Of a DNA stretch of 64,000 nucleotides, positions 1 through 14,063 are shown piece by piece. The DNA lies in assembly GCF_006345805.1 (NCBI RefSeq), contig NC_043013.1, positions 48,236,001 through 48,300,000 on the forward strand. The letters are read 5' to 3'. How positions within the stretch are numbered: the stretch's first letter is position 1; each line of letters begins with the position of its first letter. Under the pieces are notes generated by a model, which did no database searches, had not been told where the DNA came from, and was given only the letters and a program-made list of their open reading frames with translations. This DNA is from Octopus sinensis (lineage: Eukaryota). A program made the position numbers and the translations under genes.

Positions 1-793
1 CTTCCTCTCCTCCTCTTCATTCTTTCCCCATTCTACTTCTTGCTTAATGAGTTTGACATGAAATGTCTATCGTACAACATCTGACTTACAAGCCAACACC
101 TAAAACTCTACACCAACCACCATACTTATCAACATACTCACCACCACACTAACAACCACATCGTACAGATCAACGCTCAAAGTGCCGGAAATAACAGAGA
201 TTTAAAAAGTACAAAAAATATAAACTGACGGCAGTAGAGAGTCGATATTATGAGCGAAAAGGAGGAAGAGATGTCGACGTTTCGGACAGTTTTCCTTTTT
301 GGGAAAGAGAGAAGGATGAAAAACAGGAACAAAGAAAAATTATTGCGCGTAATTATCGAAGAAAGAACATTGCGACTAATATTTGGTTAAAAAACTGGAT
401 GAAGTGGTTTCTTGCAGAGAAGGTTAATTACAGACATGCGCTGGAGAAATTAAAGCGAGACATGTTGTGGCAAATATAATGACATTGTTGTTTGACAGTG
501 ACCTTCACTGGTCAAGCAGACCTATGGTTAAAGACATTTCAGAAATAACCATTTCGTACTTCTATATCTGTAGATCTACAGTGATTTCCGAGAAATTTGC
601 TTCAATTTCTAGCAAAATCGAACAACTGAAGAGAGGCTCTCTCGTTGACTCACGTGTATGTATATGTCTGTGAGAGAGATAATATGAGATTAAGTGTCCA
701 GGAGAGATTATTTGTGCATGTATGTGTGTGTGCGCACACGCGCGTGCATGCGTGTAAGATAGTGGAGAATTGTGCATGTATGTATGTTTTTTA

Positions 794-857
<64 letters not shown>

Positions 858-1071
858 AACACACACACACACACACAAACACACACATACACATATAATT
901 GAAGCAGCATCAAATTATACACGCCATCTGTGTGGCTTAACGTATATATAACATTGACTGTCAAAGGTTTATAGGTTAAGTTTGATACACAGGTGGTGTT
1001 TATAATTTAAGACTGTTTCAATCCGAGCTTTGACCAAAAGACAAGTAATATTAAAAACTCACCATTTTGAT

Positions 1072-1651
1072 TTAGTTTCCTTCAAAGTATTTGCCTTGGG
1101 AGTCTACACACTTCTGCCAGCGTTCTTGTCACTGCTGGAAACATTTCTGGAAATCACTTTCTGGAATGTTGTAGAGCTCTGACATCAAATTTTGCTTAAT
1201 ATCGTCTGCTGACTCAAATCATCTCCTTTTGAGTGATCTTTTGAGCTTTGGGAATAGCTAAGAGCCACATGGAGCCAAGTCTGGTGTAGCCATCTTTGAA
1301 CCGGTTGTACCACTCCTTTATTTGTGTTTTTCCCATTGCATCATTTTCAAAGGCCTTCTGAATCTTCTCGATAGTCTGGGCTTGCGTATCACCAAGTTTC
1401 GGGCAAAATTTGATACAATATCTTTGCTCAATTCGATCGGTCATCTTGACTCAAAAAGAAAAATCGCATAGCACACTCTTCGCGTTTGTACTCAACGCGT
1501 TACTGCGGGGAAATAGCGCAATCTACAGACACGAAATTTTTTGTGCATGCTCAGGAAGGAAGCGGCCACCTAATACCCATGCGGATTTTGCTCACACATT
1601 ATTATTTTGTGCAAAAACTCTCAAGGTCGGATACTATTTGACTACACCTCG
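1072..1651 (-). mobile_element. Internally deleted mariner-type DNA transposon (transposase pseudogene)
   Basis: The N-terminus MTDRIEQRYCIKFC..KTQIKEWYNRFKDG (1444-1290) is joined directly to the C-terminus PDLAPC..LFPKLK..FQKCFQQ*QERWQKCVDSQGKYFEGN* (to 1072). The element end reads TA-CGAGGTGTAGTCAAATAGT on the minus strand at 1653-1633. Confidence 0.85.
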
Positions 1652-3427
1652 TATGTTCATTCATTTCAATCGTTTAGTATAATATATGACTAAATGGTAA
1701 TATTGTAGCCTAAAGCACCTGGCTTTACGAGGAAATGGAATAAAAGGTCTCTCTTGGATCTTGTAATCAACCTCTAGAAATGGAAAATCTCTAAAACATG
1801 CTTTCAGTCGTTCAATAACGTATAACCTATCACTGCTTAGTCCTGGCGGAATTCTGAAGAGAAAATCAAGGCCATTTTTGCTTATGTTGTTTGCAAACTG
1901 AAAAAGTTATCGATGAGATAACAATGAGACTGTCAGCAGAGACGCATGTTTACATCTGTATTTATGACACGTTACATGTACTTTTGTGTAAGCCAGCCGT
2001 CCAACAGATGTTAACATCTAGCCAAAGTCAGCAAAGAGGTGAATATTTATGTTAAAACATCGCTTTACTCTCTGTAGCTACTTTATCAGGATTATAACTC
2101 AATAATATTTGTATACTTGGTTATATTGCTAAATATAACAGCTATATTTGGAGGGTGCAACAAAGCGAGGTGAATACTTAATCGGAACATTAACGCTTGC
2201 ATTACTCGCATGAAGCAAAGTCTTCTGCATCTTCGATAGACCGCAATTGCTATGTATTATATTTCCTTGGTTCTTACAAAAAGCATCAATGTTTAATATA
2301 TATTCTATACTTATGTAAGTTCACAACGTTACATAAAAAGCGTAGGCTCGTATAATAAAATGCATAGTTGATGTGACATAGATTTGCACAATTTTCTTCT
2401 AAAATAATTAATAACTTCCTTTCAAATTATTTATTTACAGTAAACAAAGAGTCAGAGTTAACGATGTGTGTTAGTATTAACTTACTCGAAATAAGAAATA
2501 GAATAATTCTATTTCTCTGCGTCACAAAATACGGAAATTTTATGAGACAGTGATTAGATATATTTAGCTCATAGGTTTATATAAATGAGTCAGGGTGCAT
2601 GAAGTGAATATATCAGAATAAAATATTAGAGTAAAGAAACAATAAGTAAGAATAAAATCTGACACCTCTTAATAGAAACATTTCAAGGAAGGAAGCTACT
2701 ATGATAGGTGGGGTGGAAAGATGCAAGACAGAAGTGAAAAGTTTCGAAGCAAGAAAGGAATTTCGTTGAATAAGTTGAGAAAATGAATTATTCCTTCACT
2801 AACATATAGCTTTAATGCTCATACATAGGAGAATGTACAAAAAAATTGTGCAGGATAAAAGGCAACTTTTCACAAATTCCTAATCATCATCTCTCAACGA
2901 AGCCGCCATTTTTTCCAACTTCCGTTTAGTTTTCGTCTTTCCAGTTTTTACCTCCCCTTTTCAATGGCAATCTCTCTTTCTCTCTCTCTCTCACTCACTC
3001 ACTCATTCACTCCTCTTTCTAAAATTATCTCTGTCTCTATCTTTATCTCAATCCTTCCCTCTCTCTGTCTCCCTCTCTCCCTTTCTCTTTCTCTTTCCCT
3101 CTTTCTCTCTCTTTCCCACTCTCTCTCTCTCTCTCTCCCCCTCTCTCTCTCTCCCTCTCTCTCACCTTAGTTTCAGCATTCACTTCTGCTACTTCGCATA
3201 GAAACATTTTCAAGTTTTTATTTGGAGATTTAGCTTCCATTTTAATACTTTTCTGTTGTCTTCTTTTTCTGTCTTTTTAATTTTCCAATAATAAGTTTAT
3301 AAAAAGAATCTATTTTACTCACTCACATTAAATTTTTCCCAATCTTCCGTCTCTAATTTTGAAAAGAATCATAATAGGAAACGCACAAGCATTTGTGTAC
3401 GTGTGTGATCACACTCGTGCTTCTACG

Positions 3428-3829
3428 CATATACATACATACATACTTACATACATACATGCATACATACATACATACATACATACATACATACATACAT
3501 ACATACATACATACATACATACATACATACAGACATACATACATACATACATACATACATGCATACGTACGTACATACATACATACATACATACATACAT
3601 ACATACATACATACATACATACATACATACATACATACATACATGCATACATACGTACATACATACATACATACATACATACAGACATACATACATACAT
3701 ACATACATGCATACGTACGTACATACATACATACATACACATACATACATGCATGCATACATACATACATACATACATACATACATACATACATACATAC
3801 ATGCATACTTACGTACATACATACATACA

Positions 3830-3863
<34 letters not shown>

Positions 3864-3956
3864 CATACATACATACATGCATATAGATATATGTATGTAT
3901 GTATGCATGTATGTATCTATACCTCTGTGTATACATGTACATACACACGTATACAT

Positions 3957-4030
<74 letters not shown>

Positions 4031-4170
4031 CATACATACATATATATATGTATACACATATATACATATATATATATATATAGATATATATATATATATG
4101 CATACATAATACATATATATATTATATAATGTACATATATATATATATATATTATATATATATATACACG
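3428..4170. repeat. (TACA)n / (TA)n compound microsatellite
   Basis: Direct reading; it produces the spurious YIHT/MYVC ORFs. Confidence 0.97.
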
Positions 4171-5272
4171 CACACACAATATGAAAAGTATGTGTATGTG
4201 AATACACGTGAATGTATGTAAATATGCGTTTGTTTGTGAATGTGTAAAAATTCGGCTAATTTCTTACAAAATTGTCACCCTTATTTATATTATTCCAATT
4301 GAACCTAAGCTGCTACACACTTCTTCCTCCTCTTTGATGCTCACCCCTGACATTTTTTATTATCGTTATTTCTCGGGGTTTTGGTGGGAGAGGTTTCTTT
4401 TTAATTTAGTACCTTAATTCTTTCCCATCTTCAGTATTTTTCCAAGACTTTTTAAAATTATTTTCCCTGTCATCTTTTCAAAGAGGCTCTGTTCTTTCCA
4501 GTCGTCTCTCATACTCCGCCCAACACACATTTATTTCTAATACTTTAACATGTCTTTCCCCTGCAGGACTTCAGAGCAAAAGTTGAAAATATAAGGCTTT
4601 TAAAATGTGTCTTCGTTTAAATTCACATAGCTATTATTTTCGGATAAAATTTCAGCTTCTTTTAGCTTTAGAACTGTCCATATATTAATATATATAAACA
4701 TCAATCAAAATTCCTTATAAGTTGTTATTTTATGTTTTACATCTAATTTAGCAACTAGCTTCTATATTTATTAAGAATATGTTATTGATTTTACTCTAAT
4801 AAACATTTTAATGTCAAATGTATTTCAGCATTTGTGCCTGAATGAGCAGAATTATAGGCACTTAAGACATGGAACTCAACTGTAAGATTTTTTAGCGTCG
4901 GATAAAAAAAGAAACATTTACATCGATTCCGGAAACTTCCCCAGAGGTATAGATCCTTTTCCCGGCAGTTAGGTGAACAAGGGCATGAAGAGACACAGCA
5001 AACAACAACAGTGAATTTGAACACGTGATTCGCGAGGTAGTGAAACTACAATTTCCATCTTTTATGTTAATTTGGAAACTCATCTCTTATCATTACAAGA
5101 ATTACTCGAAATAAACACAAGTGAAATATGATTATACGCAGAAGATTGCATTGTAAATTAAGATTTTGCATTATGTCTATATACTTAAAATATACCTGAC
5201 CAACGGAATTCAGTTGTAGCTTACATATGTTTATATATATATATATATATGTTTATATATATACTTGTATGC

Positions 5273-5310
<38 letters not shown>

Positions 5311-5751
5311 TGTTATAAAACTGTTGTAATACTTACAATGTTTAATAAAATGATGTAGCGTGAAACGATCGTACCAAATTACCGAAGATACTCTTGTTGC
5401 TTTTTTTGAGTATATATATATATATGTATGTATTTATGTATGTAGACACAAGCGCGCACACACTCGCACATACACACACACACACACACACTCACAAACA
5501 CATACAAATACGTACATGTGCCGACGCACAGGTACACAAAGATACATACATTCAAAGATACACATATACGCATACAAACACACCCACATGCATATTTGCA
5601 TACCGTATATACAATTACATATGCAAAGATATATATGCAGAGAGATTGATATATAATTTTACGGACATAGCTACATACACACATACATACATACATACAT
5701 ACATACATACATACATAATACATACATACATACATAATACATACATACATA

Positions 5752-5933
5752 TAGACGTAGGAGTGACTGTGTGGTAAGTAGCTTGCTTACCAACCACATG
5801 GTTCCGGGTTCCAGTCCCACTGCGTGGAACCTTGGTCTTCTACTATAGCCTCGGGCCAACCAAAGCCTTGTGAATGGATTTGGTAGACGGAAACTGAAAG
5901 AAGCCCGTAGTATATATATATGTGTGTGTGTGT

Positions 5934-6001
<68 letters not shown>

Positions 6002-6190
6002 TCAACGCAACATCGCTTGACAACCGATGCTGGTGTGTTTAACGTCCCCGTAACTTAGCGGTTCGACAAAAGAGACCGATAGAATAAGTACTAGGCTTAC
6101 AAGGAATAAGCCCTGGGGTCGATTTGCTTGACTAAAGGCGGTGCTCCTGCATGGCCACAGTCAAATGACTGAAACAAGTAAAAAATAAAA
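5752..6190 (+). mobile_element. tRNA-derived SINE family A with internal (TA)/(TG) tract
   Basis: A/B-box-like head (GTGACTGTGTGGTAAG..GGTTCCAGTCCC) and tail ..CAAATGACTGAAACAAGTAAAA; about 10 copies in the window. Confidence 0.85.
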
Positions 6191-6216
6191 CAGAGTATAC
6201 ATACATACATATATCT

Positions 6217-6850
6217 GTATATAATGGCTCCTTTACTAACACCGGCAATGGCGGCACCAACATCCTCACCACCCCCAACAACGACAACGCCAAAAGCCCC
6301 AGCACCAACACCACCCACACCAGCAGCGCCCTAGCGGCAACAGCGGCGGCAGCGACACCAACAATAATAGACACACCACTGCCAACACCCGACCACGGAG
6401 ATACATCGGCTGTTCCGAGAATCCGTTCAAACAACACCTCTCCAACCACAGTTCCTCCTTCAGAAAACCGGCCACACGACAGAATTCCATACACAATATC
6501 ATGGAGAATACTAGAGAATCCAGGCCCCTACATTAACGGGACCAACCGCTGTAAATTATGCGTAGCGGAACGGGTGTGGATTCTAAAGGACTCCCTCGAC
6601 CCGGAGAACATCCTTAACTCCAGAACGGAGGTTTTCGAAACGTGCTTGCATTTCAGGAAATCCCTGCTAGCCTATTGGAACTAGTGAGATAGCAGGGCCA
6701 CCGGCGATCGATAGCCAGAAGGACGCAACCCCCTTTGTTGACATCGGTGATCGATAGCCAAGGGGAGACAATCCCCTTTGTTGACATTGAGTAACGAGGT
6801 CGTTTCCTCCTCCATATTCTGCAGAGGCCACTCACTAGAGCGGCTTTGAA
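6217..6850 (+). mobile_element. Penelope-like element fragment: GIY-YIG endonuclease C-terminal part plus 3' region
   Basis: Frameshifted translation RRYIGCSENPFKQHLSNHSSSFR..WRILENPGPYINGTNRCKLCVAERVWILKD..NILNSRTEVFETCLHFRK, stop at ~6684. A ~45-bp tandem duplication follows (6702-6787). Confidence 0.8.
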
Positions 6851-6994
6851 GAGAATGTGAGTGAGTATATGTGTGTGTGCGCGCGTGTGTGTGCGCGCGT
6901 GTGTGTGCGCGCGTGTGTGTGCGTAAGTGTGTGTGTTCCAAAAGTAAAACCACTTTTCGCAGCAGTTGGAATTCAAAGAAATATCGACAGCCAA

Positions 6995-7230
6995 AAGGCG
7001 GTGAGCTGGCAGAAACGTCTGCACGCCGGGCGAAATGCTTAGTAGTATTTCGTCTGTCGCTACGTTCTGAGTTCAAATTCCGCCGAGGTCAACTTTGCCT
7101 TTCATCCTTTCGGGGTCGATAAATTAAGTACCAGTTACGCACTGGGATCGATGTAATCGACTTAATCCCTTTGTCTGTCCTTGTTTGTCTCCTCTATTTT
7201 TAGCCCCTTGTGGGTAGTAAAGAAATAGGT
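6995..7230 (+). mobile_element. tRNA-derived SINE family B with target-site duplication
   Basis: GGCGGTGAGCTGGCAGAA..GAGTTCAAATTCC..CTTTCATCCTTTCGGGGTCGATAAA..AAAGAAATAGG, flanked by TATC(G/A)ACAGCCAA on both sides. Confidence 0.85.
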
Positions 7231-10200
7231 ATCAACAGCCAACACATAATTAAGACGGCACTAATGAATGTAGAGATTAGAAGAGAGGTCAACAGAATCC
7301 ATAGCTAAAATCGAACTTGTTTCATACGTAAATTATATCATTGAACCACAGCATATTCTTACGGCTATCGCCGTATATGAATTCCACACTGCCATTCCGT
7401 TAATCTCTTTTGTAACACGAAAATACATGGACATTCCGTTGTTGGTGCAGTAGACAGTGCCTTTACCAATATTACATGTATCACCATTCCTCTAAGCAAT
7501 GCCGTTCCGAATTATGACACACAAACACGTGCGCGCATACACACACATACAGACAGACAGACACACACACACATACACATATATATTTATATATACATAT
7601 GTGTGAGTATATATATGTGTATGTATGTAAGTATATGTGTGTTTGTGCGTAAGAATATATATATATATACAAGTATGTATGTATGTATTTATATATGTAT
7701 ATGTATGTGTGTGTATTAAAGCTATAGTGTACGGCGAAACAAGCGTAAATATGCAGTCAACATTCGAATAGTTTACCAGACAAATGAATATGAAGAGATT
7801 TCTTGTTTGCGTTGCTTTTGCCCTGAAATTACGGGTTTCGTAAAAAGTAGGGAGAAATATACCGTGAGCTGTAATTAAGTTCTGCCTGGCATGGTCGTCT
7901 CAATTCGCGTCATACAGACCGAAATGCTACTAATTGTATTACAATTAGTTTTCTTTTCCAAAGAACTTGCCAAGCTCACAATAAAAATATATTAATGAAT
8001 GCAAAAATCTTACTGCTGCTGGCTACAATTAGTTAAGGAAGATGGTGGTAAAGAAAAGCAAGACACGTCTTCGGCGGAGCTTCCTCTGTTTCACGCAGCA
8101 CACGGCTCTCTCCCTTCTAATTTGAAGTAAATTACGGAGAATAATAATCATTGATTTCATTTTCATTTAGAGTTCTTCTTTGCACCACACTTTGGAAGTA
8201 ATGGGGTCAAGTATACAATAACGGTAAGGATAGAGAAAAACACCAGAAAGTAGGGAACAGAAAGTAGGGAATGAGAGGAAGAAGAACGAGAGAAAAAAGC
8301 TGGTGTGCCGTGAAATGGATAAGCCCCCAAGGAAATGATAGAAAATGGTGACTGAGTGAAACAGGTAGGTAAAATGGTAAAATATGGAAAATGAAGAGGG
8401 GTAAACATTAATGAAGGGGGTAAGTAGAAAAAAATGGGATTTTGAGAGTACTTAGTTACTGAGCTAAAATACTGGAGAGGGGGTTGGGAAGAGTATGAAT
8501 GAATACATGAAATAGATGGAAGAAAGGGGGGAAAAACGAGAAAGGGAAAAGAAAAATTAAGGCATAATTAGAAAAAAGTAAACAAGACAAAGTTAAAAGT
8601 AAAGGAAGGAGATGAAAGTAAGGGAGATAAGTAAGTACAAAATGTGGAGAAAATTTTTAGAGAAAATTGTAAAAGGAAAAACCGGAGGTGGAGGAAGAAA
8701 GAGATGTAAAAAGGTATAAAAGCTGTATTGATCAGAGATTATTATCTCTGAAGATGTGGACTAGCGGAATCGTTACGGCATCGGGCACAAATATTTGCGG
8801 TATTTGTTATGGGTCTTTAAGCTCTAAGTTCAAAACCCACCTGGGCCACCTTTGTCTTTCATCCTTCCAGCGTCTATAAACTCATATACAGGAGTTCATT
8901 TAATTCTTTTTACCCTGCATTGCACAAAATCCGTAGATTCGTGACTAAAACAGCTTCCTGGTGGATTTCTTAAGTAGTGTAGAGGTTTTAGTTGTTAGGG
9001 GAGATGTGTACTCGTGTCTATATTACAAATGATGTATATGATGAAATTAAAGCGTTTAAGAGACATTATTTTTCAATCATGAAAAGTTGTTGGTTCCAGA
9101 CGTTTGGCTGTGGCCAAGCTTCGACAGTGTACAATTAATAAAGCTTTATTAATATTTTAGAAAGACTTCAAAGCATGAACGGTTCTGTACCAGTTAATCC
9201 CACCCCTAACATCTAAATCCTCTTTTCTTAGAAAAACCAACAGGAAACTGTTTTAATCACCCCTGGCTAATATATTATGTCCCATAATGGTTAGTCTGGA
9301 GATGTTCCGTTTATTTTTAGCCTATTTGTCAAAGATTTAAAGAAAACAGAATAAAGTAAAATGTTACTGAAAATATTGATTTGTAAGTTTGTCATAAAGC
9401 GAGATGAAAGCCAAATCATATGTTATACATGGACTCAGAACGTAAAATGACGTAACTAACTGCATTGCAGTATTTAGTTTGTGCTTCTCAAATTTTGCTG
9501 GCATCAGTTAAGTCCTTACCTTCTGACGTTGAAAAAAGACCATTCAAATAATACGACAATTGGTCAAGTCGAAAAAAATGTCGGGCTGCAGTCGTATGTC
9601 CATTGATACAATCAAGGCACAAATCATCTCTCAGTACAATAAGCCGTAAGCAGATACAATATGGTGATCCATTATAAAATTGATAAATGATTGGACAACA
9701 TGCAGAACTAGTCCAACCTACATACTACAGAAAGGGAAAGAGAGAGAGGAGAGAGGGAGAGAGAGAAAGAAGGAGAAGCAGCATATCACGGGCTTACTTA
9801 TTCAACATATATTACGTGAAGCCGATGTTGTCAGCGGTTTCCCAACTCGCATTTATGTTGGAGAGCGGTTAGTTGACACAAATTGCAGGGCATTCGTCGA
9901 AACTTTTCGCAGAATTTTCACTCATCTCTTTCCAGTTCGATGATGCTCATTCACTATTAATATCAATGCTGAACAGTTGTCATTTTTTATTAAACCTTTT
10001 AAAAATTTAAATTATAGAAAACGGTGGGAACATAGTTGCCAACCCAATATTGCCTTACTTTTGAGCTTAAGACATTAAAAAGTCAACCGTTTAGCTTCCA
10101 TTTGGTATCTTTCTAATCTAATGCAACTGAAATAAAATTAACCCTATTATGTAAACAAAGCTTGTTTTTCTTTAGAAGCGTTGAGATGTGTTGAAATATA

Positions 10201-10664
10201 CAGATACGGAAAATATTGTATTCTCAAACGCATAATAATAAATAGGATAGAACATCCTTATATTGCGAAAAATGTGTTAGCGGCCAACTATGAGAACCTA
10301 TTGTATTTAATTTTCGAATATTGCTGTCTCAAATGAATATATTTCTAGATGGTGCAACGATCTTGTATTACCAAGGGCAGAATTTAGAAATCGGGATCGA
10401 AAGCAGCTCACGAATACAATATGAATCTTGGGGATAGAATAAGAAATGTTAAAGTCACGAATAAGATATGAGCTGATGAAATAATGAAGCTGGGTAGCAT
10501 AAAGAACAGGCTCAAATTGACTCAGCAGCAAAAGTGGGTAAGGTTAAGGAAATGAAACAATGATATCAGGTGATAATCTCTACACAAGCAGCATCTACAA
10601 AGAATTTCTTCGAAGGAATCAGTTATGACTATTTAAAAAGAATAAATGTATTAACGAAGGAGAA

Positions 10665-11003
10665 TCTACTAAGGCAACAAGACAGCCTCAACCGATCCAT
10701 AAATATATATATATTTTCTACTGAACCAACCAGATAGCCTCAAATAATCTAAAACACAGTTCAGTTTCAACTGAGTTAACAGAAGCTAAAACATTACCTC
10801 CCTTGAGTCAGCCCCAGCGAAGCCAACATTACAGCCTGTCCTGAATCAATAAAAGAGCTTCCGCTAAGTCAAAAAGAAAACCTCCACTGAAGTAACGCTA
10901 ACTTTAAGTGAGCCAACAAAAGAGCCTCAAATGAGCCAACAAGGGCACCTCAGCTAAGCCAAAAAAGAAATTCCCACAAAGCCGACAAGACAATCAAAAA
11001 GAA
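10665..11003. repeat. Degenerate ~23-bp minisatellite
   Basis: Units such as ttaagtgagccaacaaaagagcc / tcaaatgagccaacaagggcacc / tcagctaagccaaaaaagaaatt / cccacaaagccgacaagacaatc. Confidence 0.65.
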
Positions 11004-11400
11004 CGAAAGTAAATGCGAATATTACTGAATATTTAAGTCTTTAAGTTAATTTTATTTTATGAATGTATTTATTATGATTGAGTTTATAAATTGCTTAATT
11101 CTTTTTCAAACGGGACAAAATAAAGCACGATCTCTTTGAAAGGGTAATATCAGGTGAGGTCAAGTATGAAGTCATCAGAGGATACACTGAGTTCATGTAT
11201 CTATATCTTGTGGCTTTTGTTTTGTTATTGTGACTGGAGCTTGTGAATGGTGATGTTCTGTGCTTCCTCTTATTAGTGTGCATATTATTAATAATTGTTT
11301 TCAAACTTACAGGAAAAGTATATCTATCATGGGCGATAAACTGTACAACCAGATTTTGAACTTCTACACCCAGTGACGACCGGAAGGTATACACTGCATA

Positions 11401-11634
11401 AGGCGGCGAGCTGGCAGAAATGTTAGCGCACCGGGCGAAATGCGTAGCCGTATTCGTCTGCCGTTACGTTGTGAGTTCAAATTCCGCCGAGGTCGACTTT
11501 ACCTTTCATCCTTTCGGGGTCGATAAATTAAGTACCAGTTACGCACTGGGGTCGATGTAATCGACTTAAGACCTATGTCTGTCGTTGTTTGTCCCCTCTA
11601 TGTTTAGCTCCTTGTGGATAATAAAGAAATAGGT
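11401..11634 (+). mobile_element. SINE family B with 16-bp TSD
   Basis: Same consensus as 6995; AGGTATACAC(T/A)GCATA at 11385-11400 and 11631-11646. Confidence 0.88.
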
Positions 11635-12218
11635 ATACACAGCATATTTATGACCTGGGCCCTGTCAAGTGTGTGAATGCACTGTCTCAGTTGCATCTGT
11701 GAATGAAACACTCCTTCAAGGAGAAAACGATACTGGTACAGCATCCCTTCCAGACTCCAAATATTTTGCAGTCACTTCACATCATTGTTTTACCGATTCC
11801 AGCAACATCGCCAGCGCTTAGTCTTGTCAGGAAAATAATTATCGTCGCCACAAAAGCCACGCAGAGATTATCACAGGGTTCATAGGCTACATCAAAAATA
11901 GTCGGCGTATCCACAGGATGGCGTCCCAGCTGGATTCTCGCCGGACTGGTCCAAAACACTGTTGTTGAAACCCTCAGTAAATAATGTAAAAGTCGACAGG
12001 GTCCTATGTATCACCAACCCATGCCAGTAACCTAGCATCAAACGTTCCCCATGATCTTGAGTAAGCCTATGACACCATAAAGAACAAACTCATGCAACTC
12101 AAAAGACCAAGAAGGGTGCTGGATGGGACCAGTACCACAAAGGACTATGTCATCAAAAACTCAAATCGACCAGTATGTTCAGCCCATGCTCGGGCAATGC
12201 TCGAAAGAGCCTCGCAGC

Positions 12219-12475
12219 AATCATCATCATCATTGTTCGACCGTGGTCGAGACAATGGAAGTTACCATGCTACGCCAGACTTCACGGTCCATCATTGCAT
12301 TACGGAGGTCCTGTTGCTGGATGCCTGTATCCCTGGAGATTACATCAGGGTAGGAGAGTGTGCGCCCTCTGGTATTGCGAGTAGATGGCTTCCAGAGGAG
12401 AAGAGTAGAAATTACCTCTTTTTCAGCTCTACAACAATGTCCAGCAAACTGGACTCTCTTACCTTTCACTCGTAG
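12219..12475 (-). mobile_element. RTE-clade LINE 3' fragment
   Basis: RVQFAGHCCRAEKEVISTLLLWKPS..RGRTLSYPDVISRDTG..AMMDREVWR followed by a (TGA)n tail. Confidence 0.75.
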
Positions 12476-13209
12476 CAATGTTAGGCCTGATATCAACAAA
12501 ATCAATACATTTTGGCCAACCGTTTGAACTGCCACAATGAAGACGACCAAAATCGATAACAGTTGCAAATTCTGATCATTAGTTATATACTCACAGAATT
12601 AGAGAAGCGCCATGGCATCCTCCAAGATCGAACCATGCAGCAAGTGAGCACTGATACGACCACGTGAGTGCCGATACTACCTGAACCAAAACGATAATGG
12701 CTCTGCAACTATCATCATCGAAATCTCGCTGGATGGAGTACGGACGACTGATGCTGAGGTCATAGCTACAACCATTTGGAGAGGAAACGAGTTTGCGACA
12801 TACACCAAGGCCGGCTTATGCAGCCCGCAGTCTCTTGATTTTGATGGATCATGCGTAATGTAGTCAGAATGAGCCAGACTGCTTCAGTGTTGCAACCAGT
12901 GCTTAGATAATATATTTTGCTAGCTCAGATTTTATTGCAGTCTGCACTTGATTAGTTTGCAACAGCGTTTGAGTGATTATCATCGTATTTTAATTTATGA
13001 GGTTGTGTCGTCAGCCTTACATATTTTTTTATCTGTTTTGGTCATTAGACTGCAGCCATGCTGGGGCACCGCCTTGAAAAACTTTTAGTCGAATGAATCG
13101 ACCCAAATACGTATTTTCTATTTTTTTTTCTAAAGCTTGGTACTTATTCTATCAGGTTCTATAATAGTACATCAATGTAAGAAATTGATATATATATATA
13201 TATATATAT

Positions 13210-13611
13210 GGATCTTTTCGGTTTGAACGGCAGTTTTTTAAAATAATTTCCACGTAACTAAACACTTTTAAACTTCGTATACTGGTAGAATGTGTTTATA
13301 AAACATCTTTTTCTCTTGGCTTTATTGAGAAAATTCTATGGTTTGTAAGATATCTGTTGTTTATTTTCTTCAATTTCTGAAATTTCAACCAATCAATGAC
13401 GTCTATTGAGGTAAAAAAAAATTCTGTGCCGTATGAATATGTCCCTCGTTTAAGAAACAGCTTGGGTTTATTTACATTTGTGAAGAAAAAAAATATACCC
13501 TTCCCCCACCCCTAACCCTAAAATAGATTGAAATGCAATAGATAGATACTAGGTTCATAATTATGGGTGACAATTTCATATGACACCGCTAGAAAAAACT
13601 GCCGTTCAAAC
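13210..13611. mobile_element. MITE with ~29-bp TIR GGATCTTTTCGGTTTGAACGGCAGTTTTT (right end truncated)
   Basis: Inverted copy of the complete element at 63407-63828. Confidence 0.8.
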
Positions 13612-13822
13612 AGTAACGTCCTTATCAGATAACTATAATAGAGTCTCTGCCAAACAACTATATTAATGTTACCATAGTAACAACGCCATAGCAGCATCAC
13701 TGTCGCCTAACTTTAGTTTCTAACATTTTTATTGTAATTGTAACTGTCACAAAGCTATGGTAACATCAACATAACAACATCTCTATCTCTGTCTCTCTGT
13801 TTGTCTGTCTGTCTGTCTCTCG

Positions 13823-13862
<40 letters not shown>

Positions 13863-14020
13863 TACACACACACACGTATGCACACCACGATAGTATCTAT
13901 CGTACCATCAACGTCACATAACTTGTGGTCGATTCAAAAATATATAATTCTAGTTTTTCCTGTCTTGTAATCTTTTGTATGCGACACTATCTCTTTTATT
14001 CACGCACACGCAAAAATTTT

Positions 14021-14063
<43 letters not shown>

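Noticed and set aside
273-305. Minus-strand GGA..UCCGAAACGUC hammerhead remnant
   Set aside because: The CUGANGA box is absent (CCAAAAA); too decayed to call.
2902-2924. YY1 (GCCGCCATTTT) plus ETS (ACTTCCG) promoter-like motifs
   Set aside because: No associated exon was found, and short motifs occur by chance.
3353-4207. Long ORFs of YIHT/MYVC/YI repeats (also at 23-25 kb, 28-29 kb, and poly-I/Y/L at 20.8-21.6 kb)
   Set aside because: Stop-free translations of microsatellites.
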